Source: an uncultured delta proteobacterium | Lineage (GTDB): Bacteria > Desulfobacterota > Binatia > DP-6 | Assembly: GCA_963815115.1 (NCBI GenBank) | Contig: CAWFFN010000002.1 | Coordinates: 1 to 45,813, forward strand | DNA length: 45,813 nt | Direction of reading: 5' to 3' | Shown here: positions 36,702 through 45,813 of the stretch, piece by piece | How positions within the stretch are numbered: position 1 is the stretch's first letter | How the letters are laid out: each line of letters begins with the position of its first letter | The notes under the pieces: generated by a model | Told to the model about the DNA's origin: nothing | Databases searched by the model: none | What the model saw: the letters and a program-made list of their open reading frames with translations, nothing else | Position numbers and translations under genes: made by a program

Positions 36702-37946
36702 ATGGCGGAGGCGGGACGGTGGAAGCCGTATGTGCAGCGGCAGGGGCAGCTGCTGCCGACGTTCGTTGAAGACACGCTCGACCCGAGCGATCCGGTCTTT
36801 TTCATCGACGACGCCGTCGAGAGTCTCGACCTGACGCCGTTCGAGCAGCGCTACGCCGAGACGGGCGAGCATGCCTACGCGCCGCGGCTGTTGCTCAAGC
36901 TGTGGCTGTACGCGGCGACGCAGGGCGTATTCAGCGGCCGGGAGATCGCGCGGCGGCTCCGGCGCGACCTAGCTTTCCGGTACCTGGCGGGGGACGGGCC
37001 GGTGCCAGATTTCCGGACGATCAATCGCTTCCGGGTGCGGCATCGGGAGGACTTCGCCTGGGTGCTGCGGGCGACCGTCCGGCTGGCGCGCGGGGCCGGG
37101 CTGGTGAAGCTCGGGCTCGTGACGGTGGACGGCACGAAGTTGCGGGCGAACACGTCGCGGCACAAAGCGATGAGCCACGCGCGGCTCCAGCAGGAGGAGG
37201 CGCGGCTCGAGGCCGAGCTCGCCGCGTTGGTGACCAAGCTGGATGACGTGCAGGCCGCGGAGGACCGCGAACACGGCGAGGACGACGACGGCAGTGGGGG
37301 GTTACCCGCCGAGCTGCGGACGCGGGAGCAGCGGCTGGCCAAGCTGCGGGCGGTGCGGGCGCAGTTGGAGGCCGAGAAGGGTGCGACGTTGAAGCCGCGG
37401 CACCAGAAGAGCTTTGCCGACCCCGACGCGCAGATGATGCGCGCGGGGGACGGGGCCTTGGTCTACGCCTACAACGCCCAGGCAGCCGTGAGTGCGGACG
37501 GGCTGATCGTGGCGACCGGGGTGACGACGGCGGTGCGGGACATTGGGCAGTTGGTCCCCATGATCGAGGCGGTGACCGCGACGACCGGAGAGTCGCCTGG
37601 CTGCACGGTGGCCGACAATGGGTATCTCACGGAGGCGAATCTCGCGACCCTCGCGGAGCGGGGCGTGCGGTGTCTCGTGGCGGTGGGCCGCGAGGGCAAG
37701 GCCGTGCGGTGGCCGCAGGGACCGCACACCCAGCGCATGCATCGCCTGCTCCATCTGCCGTGGGCGCAGCGCTGGTATGCCTGGCGAAAGACGCAGGCGG
37801 AGCGTCCTTACGCGGAGATCAAGCACGCGATGGGCTTTCGCCGGGTCGCGCTGCGGGGCGTGGCGAAGGTCGGCGGCGAGTGGGACCTCGTGTGCGCGGC
37901 CTTCAACCTGCGGCGGCTGCGGGCGCTGGGCCTCGTCCCGGCGTAG
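36702..37946 (+). CDS. IS1182-family DDE transposase
   Basis: YAPRLLLKLWLY, SGREI, PDFRTINRFR, VDGTKLRAN, YNAQAAV, VADNGY, RKTQAERPYAEIK. Confidence 0.95.
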   Translation: MAEAGRWKPYVQRQGQLLPTFVEDTLDPSDPVFFIDDAVESLDLTPFEQRYAETGEHAYAPRLLLKLWLYAATQGVFSGREIARRLRRDLAFRYLAGDGPVPDFRTINRFRVRHREDFAWVLRATVRLARGAGLVKLGLVTVDGTKLRANTSRHKAMSHARLQQEEARLEAELAALVTKLDDVQAAEDREHGEDDDGSGGLPAELRTREQRLAKLRAVRAQLEAEKGATLKPRHQKSFADPDAQMMRAGDGALVYAYNAQAAVSADGLIVATGVTTAVRDIGQLVPMIEAVTATTGESPGCTVADNGYLTEANLATLAERGVRCLVAVGREGKAVRWPQGPHTQRMHRLLHLPWAQRWYAWRKTQAERPYAEIKHAMGFRRVALRGVAKVGGEWDLVCAAFNLRRLRALGLVPA

Positions 37947-37971
37947 ACTCTGCCGCACACGCGGCGTGCGT

Positions 37972-38106
37972 CGGGGGCGTGGGGTCGCCGTCGGAGCGAA
38001 TCCGCAGCCCCTTGCGCGCGCTCGCGGCCCATCGATGCGGCGCTGCACACTCGTCGGCGCGCATGGGGCGAGGACGCTGAGCGGAGACGGTGACCCCACG
38101 CCCCCG
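37972..38106 (+). other. Long imperfect hairpin filling the IS1182 3' non-coding end
   Basis: 37972-37992 pairs with 38086-38106 (20/21 Watson-Crick plus one G.U); inner 38007-38019 pairs with 38057-38069 (12/13). Confidence 0.8.
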
Positions 38107-38214
38107 CACCGGCGTCTCGGGTCACGCTCCTAGACGACGTCGACCCCGGACCTCACGGTGCTGACGCTGGCAGGGGTCGTTGCCGCCGGTAACCTGCTCG
38201 TGATGGGGCGGTGA

Positions 38215-38460
38215 TCACCGGTCGGTGACGGCCGCGAGCTCGCGGTATTCCTCGTCGGTCAATCGCAAGGAAGCAGCCTGCACGTTCTCCTCGAGATGGG
38301 CGATCGAGGAAGTCCCTGGGATGGGCAGCATCACGGGGGACCGCTCGAGCAGCCAGGCGAGCGCGACCTGCTTCGGCGTGCTTCGGTGATTGTGCGCGAT
38401 CCTCTCGAGCAGCATCCCGCCTACCTTGCCCGACCCAGCGGGAACCACGGGAGAAGCGCT
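38215..38460 (-). pseudogene. C-terminal remnant of an aldo/keto reductase
   Basis: LLPWFPLG, then a frameshift, then [11 protein letters not shown]...[16 protein letters not shown]; no N-terminal part. Confidence 0.8.
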
Positions 38461-38627
38461 GCCGCCGACAGGTCGGCGCGTGCCCAGATGTCGGCGGTGC
38501 GTCAGGCGGCGCGACGAGAGAGGGGGGCGCACGTGCAAGGCCGCATCGTCGGCTCACCGCGCGATGCCGCCTTGCCTGCGATCGTCGCGGGTGTAGCGTG
38601 AAGCGAGCGCCACGGGAGCGACTCGCC

Positions 38628-39848
38628 ATGCAGGCCACGACACCGACGACCGAGGTGGCCCCGCCAACCTTCGATGCTCTCCTCGCCTGGCTCCGGCAGC
38701 AGCGCGAGGCCGGGTCGGTCCATCACGACGAGCAGCACGGCATCTGGCAGGTGTTCGGATATGCCGACGTGGAGCGCGTGCTCTCCGATCCCGCCGCCTT
38801 CTCGTCCGACTTCAGCGAGCTCATGCCGGCGCAGCGGGACTTCGCGCTCTTCAGCCGCGGCAACTTCGTGCGCATGGATCCGCCGAAGCACCGCAAGCTG
38901 CGCGGCCTGGTCAGCCAGGCCTTCACGCCCCGCATGGTGAGCGGCCTCGCGCCCCGGATCGCCGAGCTCACCACGGAGCTGCTCGACGGCCTCGGCGGAG
39001 CCGGGCGCTTCGATCTCGTCGACGGGCTGGCGTATCCGCTGCCCGTGATCGTGATCGCCGAGCTGCTCGGCATCCCGGTGGACGATCGCCCGATCTTCCG
39101 GCGGTGGGCCGAGCTTCTCTTCTCGCAGAACCAGCAGACCTCGGAGATCAGGCTCGACGACGCAGCCCTGCGTGCGCTCTTCGACGCCGTCGCGCCGACC
39201 ATGCATGAGATGAACACCTACCTGCTCGAGCACATCGGGCAGCGCCGTGCGCATCCCGACGACGATCTGATCAGCGAGCTCGTGGCGGCCGAGGTGGACG
39301 GGGAGCGCCTCGACGACGAGGAGATCGTCGGGTTCGTGGGTCTGCTCCTGATCGCCGGGCACGTCACCACCACGGCGCTCCTCGGCAATGCCGTCATCAC
39401 GCTCGACGAGCATCCCGACGCGGCCGCGGAGCTGCGCGCCGATCCGAGCCGGCTCCCCGCAGCCATCGAGGAGGTGCTGCGCTACCGATCACCCTTCCCT
39501 CGCCTGGCCCGGCGGGCCGCCCGGGACGTCGAGCTCGACGGACGGACGATCGCCGCGCACGAGGTCGTCATCCTGTGGGTCGCCTCGGCGAATCGCGACC
39601 CCGCGGAGTTCTCCGATCCGGACCGGTTCGACATCCATCGATCGCCGAACCCGCACCTGGCCTTCGGCCACGGCATCCATTTCTGCCTGGGAGCGCCGCT
39701 CGCTCGGCTGGAAGCGAGGATCGCGCTCGGCATCCTGTTCGAGCGGTATCGGAGCATCGCGCTGGCACGCGACGCGCCGGCGGAGTTTCACAACCCGTGG
39801 ACGATGGTCAGCGCGAAACGGCTCCCCGTGGACGTGCGGGCCACGTGA
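38628..39848 (+). CDS. Cytochrome P450, EryK/CYP113-like
   Basis: MDPPKHRKLR, LLIAGHVTTT, EEVLRY (ExxR), SANRD, HLAFGHGIHFCLG (heme Cys). Confidence 0.95.
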   Translation: MQATTPTTEVAPPTFDALLAWLRQQREAGSVHHDEQHGIWQVFGYADVERVLSDPAAFSSDFSELMPAQRDFALFSRGNFVRMDPPKHRKLRGLVSQAFTPRMVSGLAPRIAELTTELLDGLGGAGRFDLVDGLAYPLPVIVIAELLGIPVDDRPIFRRWAELLFSQNQQTSEIRLDDAALRALFDAVAPTMHEMNTYLLEHIGQRRAHPDDDLISELVAAEVDGERLDDEEIVGFVGLLLIAGHVTTTALLGNAVITLDEHPDAAAELRADPSRLPAAIEEVLRYRSPFPRLARRAARDVELDGRTIAAHEVVILWVASANRDPAEFSDPDRFDIHRSPNPHLAFGHGIHFCLGAPLARLEARIALGILFERYRSIALARDAPAEFHNPWTMVSAKRLPVDVRAT

Positions 39849-39860
39849 TGGCGCGCGAGG

Positions 39861-41207
39861 TCACTCAGGCGTGCGAGCTGGCGGCGATCTGCGGCGCCGG
39901 CCGCCGCTCGAGCTGACGCCCCATGGGCTGGCCGGCTCGTCCGACGGATCCGGCGGCTCCTGCCCCGGACGCAGCTCCGGAGGCACGTGCTCGAGGTTCA
40001 CGCGAACGCGCGTCCACGTCGTGAAGCGGCCGCGCATGGCGTCGACGAGCACGTCGCGCGGGACGAGGTGTGACGCCGCCTCGGGATGGCGCGCCTTCCA
40101 CCGCTCCAGCCCGGCGAGCGCGTCCTCCTTCTTCCGCGCGCGTCCGATCTCGATGAGCGGCTTCGTGCTCCGCCGGCGACCCGACGCCGCCGAGCCGTCG
40201 CCTGGCCTCGCACGTGACGGCTGGACCCGCCGCGGCTCACCCTCCTGCTTGCGATAGTGCGGCGGCCAGGGCGCGTCACCCAGACCGCTCGCCTCCTGCG
40301 CGCGGGAGAGCTCCAGCAACGGGTCGAGCGAGCACGGATGCGCATCGATGTCGGCGTGCCGATCACCCAGCCGGGCGAAGCGCGACGGCATCGTGCGCAG
40401 CGTGAAGTCCTCGGGACGGCACGACGCGAGCTCCTCCCAGGTGAGCGGCGCCGAGACGCGCGCGTCGGGCTTCGGGCGGATCGAGTACGCGCTCGCGACC
40501 GTGCGATCCTTGGCGTTCTGGTTGTAGTCGACGAAGACGCCGTGGCGCTCCTCCTTCCACCACTTGCTGGTCGCCAGACGGGGGGCACGGCGCTCGACCT
40601 CGCGTGCGAGGGCGAGCGCCGCGCGGCGGACCTCGTCGAACGTCCAGCGACGCTCGAGGCGGACGTTCACGTGCACGCCGCGCGAGCCCGAGGTCTTCGG
40701 CCACCCGACGAGGTGGAGATCGCCCAGGACCTCGCGCACCACCGCGGCCACCTCGACGATCTGGGGCCATTCGACCCCGGGCACCGGGTCGAGGTCGACG
40801 CGCAGCTCGTCCGGGTGCTCGAGGTCGTCGGTGCGCACGGGATGAGGATGCAGCTCGAGACACGCGAGGTTCGCCATCCAGGCGAGCGTCGCCCCGTCGC
40901 GCGGCACCACCTCGTCGGCGGTGCGACCCGACGGGAAGGCGATGGTGCAGACCTCGACCCAGGGCGGCCGGCTCGTCGGCGCCCGCTTCTGGTAGAAGAA
41001 CTCCCCGTCGATGCCGTTCGCGTAGCGCACCAGTACGTTCGGCCGGCCGCCAGCGCCGCGCAACGCCCCGTCGGCGACCGCCAGGTAGTACTGCACGACG
41101 TCGAGCTTCGTGACGCCGGCCCCGGGAAAGAGCACCTTCGACGGGTTCGAGATCGCGACGTCGTGACCGGCGATCGAGAGGATGACGTGTTCGCGCGACG
41201 TCGGCAC
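39861..41207 (-). CDS. Stand-alone LigD-type polymerase/primase (Prim-Pol) with C-terminal extension
   Basis: ISNPSKVLFP, TKLDVVQYY, FFYQKR, DELRVDLDP, KTSGSRGVH, VFVDYNQN, YSIRP, VSAPLTWEE. Confidence 0.9.
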   Translation of the reverse strand: MPTSREHVILSIAGHDVAISNPSKVLFPGAGVTKLDVVQYYLAVADGALRGAGGRPNVLVRYANGIDGEFFYQKRAPTSRPPWVEVCTIAFPSGRTADEVVPRDGATLAWMANLACLELHPHPVRTDDLEHPDELRVDLDPVPGVEWPQIVEVAAVVREVLGDLHLVGWPKTSGSRGVHVNVRLERRWTFDEVRRAALALAREVERRAPRLATSKWWKEERHGVFVDYNQNAKDRTVASAYSIRPKPDARVSAPLTWEELASCRPEDFTLRTMPSRFARLGDRHADIDAHPCSLDPLLELSRAQEASGLGDAPWPPHYRKQEGEPRRVQPSRARPGDGSAASGRRRSTKPLIEIGRARKKEDALAGLERWKARHPEAASHLVPRDVLVDAMRGRFTTWTRVRVNLEHVPPELRPGQEPPDPSDEPASPWGVSSSGGRRRRSPPARTPE

Positions 41208-41750
41208 CGGTCCGGATCATATCGCATGGCCGCCAAGGGCGGCCCACCTCCGATGCGGTCGTGTCGCGGTCGCACGCCACACCGCGCGGCGACACCCACG
41301 CATTTTTCCACCTTTGTGTACTTGTCAGTCCCGGGCGGCGCGGGTACTTGATCAGGGGCTTGCCAACAAGGGCATCGCAAACGCTTCTCCGGTAATCCCT
41401 CCCAATGAGTATCCGTCGCTGGATCGCGCCGGGGCCTCGCTCAGCCCTACTCCGACCCGGCAAGAACCGCGACGGGATCCGGGGTCGCATGCGCGGCGCC
41501 ACGTAGCGGGCAACGGGCACGGGGGAGCAGCCGCCGGGCACGGCAGACGACTTGTCTCGTCGCTGCTTCCCCGTGCCCCTCCGCTTCGACCGAAGCGGTC
41601 GCCGGCCTGCCGGCGGAGACCCGGTTGAGTGGCGGCAGGCGTCGGATGGGATCCGCTCGGACCCAGACGCCGCGCCGCCGGCAACGAGGATGCTTGACAC
41701 GCGCCGCGGCTCCGTGATCGCCACGACGCGACGAGGATCACGGTCCGCGG

Positions 41751-43031
41751 ATGCGCAGATTCGCCGAGCCCACCAGGAAGATCGGTAGTTCGGAGGACGA
41801 GCACCCCCCGGCCCCTTCACCGGCCCTGCGCAAGCTGGTGCACCGCGCGTACCGTGGCCGGGAGCGCGTGATACGCGACATCGTCGCGCGCTGCCGGCAG
41901 ATTCCCTGCTATCGCGTCCTCTCCGGCCCGGCACTCGAGGCGCTGGACCGGACCGTCGATCATCTCGCCGCGGGCTTCTACCGGCGGAGCATCATCGAAG
42001 GACGGGTGCCGACGCCGCAGGAGATGGAGCTGCCGATCCGCACCGCCCGGCGGCGGGCGGCGGACGGTGTGCCTCTGGACGAGGTCGTGAAGGCCTACCA
42101 GGTCGGGCTCCGGCTGCTCTGGGCGCACCTGATCGCCACGGCGGCCGCGGATCCGGCCGTGCGCCTGGAGCTCCTCGAGCGCGTTCCGGTGACCCTCACC
42201 GCCCACAGCGCGGTCGTCACGGCGGTCATCGAGGCGTATGTCGAGGAGCGGGGACGCCTCCACGGAGCGCACACGCAGGCCTTCGAAGGGTTCCTACGCC
42301 TGCTCGTCGCCCCGGAGACACCGCTCGCAGTCATCGAGCGTCGGGCGACGGCACTCCGCCTGCGGCTCGACCTGTGCCGGAGCGTCGTCCTGTTCCGTCC
42401 GCTCGCGTCCGAGGACGACCACGCCGCCGAGGCCAACGTCGAGGGGCTGGGCGGCGTGCTGGCGTCCGCCATGCACCGCGATGGCACCCTGATCGGTCTG
42501 GGTCGCTTCGAGAAGGACGTCCTGGCACTGCTCGCACTCGAGCCCGACTCGCAGGCGCTCGCGGACCTGCTCGCCAGGATGCCCGCGCACGACTGGCACA
42601 TCGGCATCGGGGCCGCCGGCGAGGGACCGTCGAGCCTGCGCCGTGCCGTCTTCGAGGCGCAGCGCGCCGTCGCCGTCGGCAGGCTCGTCCGTCCATCGGA
42701 GCGGGTCCATCGCTACGCCGACCTCGCGCTCCTCGACGTCGTCAACGTCGGCTCGTCGACCGCCGAGGAATACGCCACCCGGATCCTGGGAGCACTCGCG
42801 CGCCCCGGTACGGGCGCCACGTACCGCAGGACGCTGGACGCGTTCCTACGTCACGGCATGCGGCGGAAGGTCGCGGCCGCGGCGCTCGGCATCCATCCGC
42901 ACACGCTGTCCTATCGGCTGAACCGGCTCCGCGAGCACTTCGGCATCGACCTCGACGACTACGACGTCCGCCTGCGCGTGGAGCTCGCGCTCCTCATCCT
43001 CGGCGCCACCGATGTAACCCCGACGTCCTGA
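41751..43031 (+). CDS. PucR/CdaR family transcriptional regulator
   Basis: RRAADGVPLDEVVKAYQVG; C-terminal HTH AAAALGIHPHTLSYRLNRL; start uncertain. Confidence 0.88.
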   Translation: MRRFAEPTRKIGSSEDEHPPAPSPALRKLVHRAYRGRERVIRDIVARCRQIPCYRVLSGPALEALDRTVDHLAAGFYRRSIIEGRVPTPQEMELPIRTARRRAADGVPLDEVVKAYQVGLRLLWAHLIATAAADPAVRLELLERVPVTLTAHSAVVTAVIEAYVEERGRLHGAHTQAFEGFLRLLVAPETPLAVIERRATALRLRLDLCRSVVLFRPLASEDDHAAEANVEGLGGVLASAMHRDGTLIGLGRFEKDVLALLALEPDSQALADLLARMPAHDWHIGIGAAGEGPSSLRRAVFEAQRAVAVGRLVRPSERVHRYADLALLDVVNVGSSTAEEYATRILGALARPGTGATYRRTLDAFLRHGMRRKVAAAALGIHPHTLSYRLNRLREHFGIDLDDYDVRLRVELALLILGATDVTPTS

Positions 43032-43102
43032 GCCGCCCGCCAGACGATGACGGGAACGTCGGCGCCGAGACGGGCGCTCCCGTCCCGGCGCCGCCCGCCC
43101 TC

Positions 43103-44761
43103 TCAGGGCACGGCGGAGTGCACGGCCTGCTGCTTCACGTCGTGTGCGTCGGGACCGAGCCAGAAGCCGTCCCGTACCAGACGCTTGCTCGCGTCGGCGA
43201 CATGGGAGACGTAGTCGCCGTGGTTCCGATAGAGCGACTGCAGCGTGTCCTCGCCGAACGGGACGCTGTAGCCGTACAGGATGCAGAAGCCCGAGAACGT
43301 CGTGACGTGCGCCACGGTGTCGGTCGGGACGTACGTCGCGGTCGGCACGTCGAGGAACGGCGTGCGCACGCCGCCCAGCGCATTGCCGAACGCGTCGCGC
43401 GCGACCGTCGGCGGGGTCGTGCTCGTGACCGTGATCGGGTCGGCGTGAGGCGGCGGGGTCTGTTTCCGACCGATCCAGTCGGTCAGGTCGGCAAAGGCGG
43501 CATTCTCCACGTTGCTGAACGGGAACGGGTTCGGGTCGATCACGCCCGGGACCCCGACCGTCGGTCCAGGGACGAATTGCTGGTGCGTGCACCCGGTCGG
43601 CGGGAGGTCCGCGGCAGTGATCCCGAGCAGCTCGGCGAGGTTCAGACTGAGCGTCAGCACATCGCCCTGGTGTGCAGGCGGCTGGTCCTTAGAGACGTGA
43701 CTCGAGCCCGGGACCTCCCACAGGCGGTAGCGGTCGTCCGCCGCGTCGCTGTCGGGGCGGCGATAGGCCAGGCCGTTGGGAACCAGGACGCCGATGGCGA
43801 TCTCGGTCTCCGTGTTGATGTGAATGACCGGGACGTCACGCGGCTGCATCTGTATCCGCGGATCGCCGGCGGGCAGCGCGCCCGCCGGCGTCAGGCCGAA
43901 GTTCACGTTGCTCGGCCCGCGCGTGCCGCCGGGGACGTAGCCGTCGTAGATCGGCCCGCCGCCGGGCATGCGCTCGAGCGAATGGAAGGTCTCGGCTTGC
44001 GTGAAGGTGAACGCGCCGTCCTGGGAGAAGCCGGCCTCGAAGACGCGCTCGACGTCGAGGTCGTGCGTCGGGCTTCCCGGTCCGTTGTCCTTGAACAGCG
44101 CCCCGATCTGCGCCGCGATGTCGAAGGTGATGCCGTCGTAGACCGCATTGTTCCCGTTCGGCGTGAACGGCATGTAGGGCCAGTCGAGCGGAGCGTAGCG
44201 CGTCGCGTTGAAGGTCTTGAGCGTGTTGACCGTCACCGACTTGGACGTCCATCCGACGAAGACGTCGCCGTTACGCACGAAGTAGTTGCTGGAACGGTCC
44301 CAGATGCCCGCGATGTCGAAGTTGGCGCTCGGGTTCAGCGGCTCGATGACCACCGTGCCGCTGAACTTGTTCCGCTTGACGGGACGGATCACGAGCATCC
44401 GGGTCGTGTAGGGAATTGTGCACCCGAGCGTGGCGACCGCCGGGCAGGGCGAGACGAGCTGGATGCCCGTCGGCGTGTACTCGTAGATGGTCCCCGTCCC
44501 CGAGAAGAAGTACTCCTGCTCGACGTAGCCGTCCGGAACGGGCGGCTCGACCGAGAAGCCGAGCGCGATGAACGGGAAGTCGGTGGGAGTCGATGCGATC
44601 GGTCCGGTCACCGTCGGGATCGACACGGTGAACGGTGTCACGTCGCCGGCCGCGCCGGATCGAGGCGTGCCGACCAGCCCGACGCACAGTGCCATCACAA
44701 CCAGGGGGAGCCAGCGACTCCGGTGAGTTCTCCATGTTCCGCCGCCACGGATCACGTTCAT
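43103..44761 (-). CDS. Secreted alpha/beta-hydrolase-domain protein
   Basis: ATG 44761 after GGAGG; YVEQEYFFSG, FSGTVVIEPLN, GFSQDG (nucleophile elbow), LWEVPGSSH, RDAFGNALGGVR. Confidence 0.8.
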   Translation of the reverse strand: MNVIRGGGTWRTHRSRWLPLVVMALCVGLVGTPRSGAAGDVTPFTVSIPTVTGPIASTPTDFPFIALGFSVEPPVPDGYVEQEYFFSGTGTIYEYTPTGIQLVSPCPAVATLGCTIPYTTRMLVIRPVKRNKFSGTVVIEPLNPSANFDIAGIWDRSSNYFVRNGDVFVGWTSKSVTVNTLKTFNATRYAPLDWPYMPFTPNGNNAVYDGITFDIAAQIGALFKDNGPGSPTHDLDVERVFEAGFSQDGAFTFTQAETFHSLERMPGGGPIYDGYVPGGTRGPSNVNFGLTPAGALPAGDPRIQMQPRDVPVIHINTETEIAIGVLVPNGLAYRRPDSDAADDRYRLWEVPGSSHVSKDQPPAHQGDVLTLSLNLAELLGITAADLPPTGCTHQQFVPGPTVGVPGVIDPNPFPFSNVENAAFADLTDWIGRKQTPPPHADPITVTSTTPPTVARDAFGNALGGVRTPFLDVPTATYVPTDTVAHVTTFSGFCILYGYSVPFGEDTLQSLYRNHGDYVSHVADASKRLVRDGFWLGPDAHDVKQQAVHSAVP

Positions 44762-45297
44762 AGCGCCTCCGTCGTTCGATCGTGGGCGGCGCGAGCCCAC
44801 TCGTGACGATCAGCCGGGAGCGATGCGTCCCCCCGATGTCACAGGCACGGCATCGGCCGCGTTCGTAGTTCGATGGCTGACGACTAGCATCGGCGTCCGG
44901 GGCGTCAATGTGCTTCCTCGACCAGAAGTCGCGACCGTTCTTGTCCCGGGAGGACAAGCCCCTCCGGCCGTGACGAGCTCCCCGAAGCGGCCACGAGCAG
45001 TCGCGGGCGATCCACGAGGCCCGCCGGCTCCAACCGACGCTCACCCACGAAGTGCTTCCAGATCGATGTCGTCGGACGGAGAGACGTCCGCTTTCAGTAG
45101 GCGCGCCATCTGATCGAGTGCATGGGCGTTGTCAGGCTCTCGTTCGGACGCGACGCAGTCGGAGCTGCGGTATCGGCCATCGAGCCTAGGCCGCGTCGTC
45201 GGCGGCGACTCCCTCTTCGAGAAGTCAAGCACAGGCAGAAGATCGAGCAAGATTGATTCAGCGTTCCGAGGTGACGCGGCAACGCGAGCGATGCGGG

Positions 45298-45645
45298 CTA
45301 GGTTCGGGAGACGTCCGAGGTCCAGGAAAGCAATTGGTCGGCGGTCATGCAGTTCACGATCCGTTGGTCCGGAATGCCAGCCCGCCGGGCCGCAGCGATG
45401 CCGAAATCGAGAAAGGCGAGTTGGCCGCACGCATGGGCGTCGGACCCGATCGAGATTCTCACGCCGACCTCGCAGGCGAGATTGAGCAGCTCTGCGTCGA
45501 GGTCCTGCCGGTCGGGGTAGCCGTCTATCTCGACCGCCCTGTCGTGGTCGCGGGCGCATTCGAGGACCCGTCGCCAGTCAGCCTGCAGGCCAGGGCGAAA
45601 GTTGAAGATGCGGCCTCGCGGATGGGCAAGGATGTGAACCCGCAT
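45298..45645 (-). pseudogene. C-terminal remnant of a PHP domain (PolX/YcdX-like)
   Basis: HILAHPRGR, AVEIDGYPDRQDL, ISIGSDAH; the upstream sequence does not continue the domain. Confidence 0.75.
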
Positions 45646-45813
45646 TTCCCAGATGACCGCGCCGGCTGATGACGCTGCTGCCCGAATCGACTATGAACGG
45701 CAAGGGTTTGGCGGTCACGAAGGGGGCGGCCGATGGATGAGGCGACGGGTGAAAGCGAGAGGGAGGGTCTCCGGCTCGATTCGACCGTCGCCTGAAGCTC
45801 GAATTCCACGGCG

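Larger units (their letters stand above)
36656..38129 (+). mobile_element. IS1182-family insertion sequence (1474 bp)
   Basis: IRL GAGCCTGACCCAAGACTCC vs reverse-complemented IRR GAGCGTGACCCGAGACGCC (16/19); flanked by CTAG at 36652-36655 and 38130-38133. Confidence 0.9.

Noticed and set aside
35001-38129. Composite transposon
   Set aside because: The two elements belong to different families, have different ends and enclose no cargo.
1-45813. CRISPR arrays, tRNA or rRNA genes
   Set aside because: No regularly spaced repeats or recognisable RNA gene motifs were seen by eye; tRNAscan/Rfam were not run.

Overview
GC-rich bacterial chromosome with about 30 real genes; most ORFs in the supplied track are shadow frames. 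Secreted Cys-rich/Thr-rich proteins, a cyclase-STAND-TPR protein and an 'SPSGAFVD' C-terminus suggest a soil organism such as Ca. Binatia (inference only). In order, the window holds: a secreted YVTN beta-propeller gene running off the left edge; nnrS; a frameshift-rich block (Rieske oxygenase, HdeD-like, cNMP-patatin); a four-gene lipid operon (FabH-like, acyltransferase, FabL-like SDR, CMD-like); a methyltransferase; a class III cyclase-ATPase-TPR; an HTH-HATPase-STAS gene with an upstream operator; an NADP oxidoreductase; two tandem Mtd/FGE-type C-type-lectin-fold genes; a LysR regulator; an ABC exporter; a possible small outer-membrane protein; a sulfotransferase; two VOC proteins; an arylsulfatase; a P-type H+-ATPase plus ppk2; a CoA transferase; a CHRD protein; a GST; stacked IS1380 and IS1182 elements at one CTAG site; an EryK-like P450; a LigD-type Prim-Pol; a PucR regulator; a secreted hydrolase; and remnants. 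The best candidates for new biology are: (1) the tandem lectin-fold genes, whose 3' ends differ like diversity-generating-retroelement (DGR) variable regions although no RT or template repeat is in the window; (2) the lipid operon, where two enzymes each carry a catalytic-residue substitution and which lies between a cNMP-binding patatin and a cyclase; (3) the CTAG-IS-CTAG-IS-CTAG stack with a 135-nt hairpin in the IS1182 3' end; (4) a Thr-linker/SPSGAFVD C-terminal motif with a degenerate second copy. All assignments were made by eye from motifs; no searches were run.
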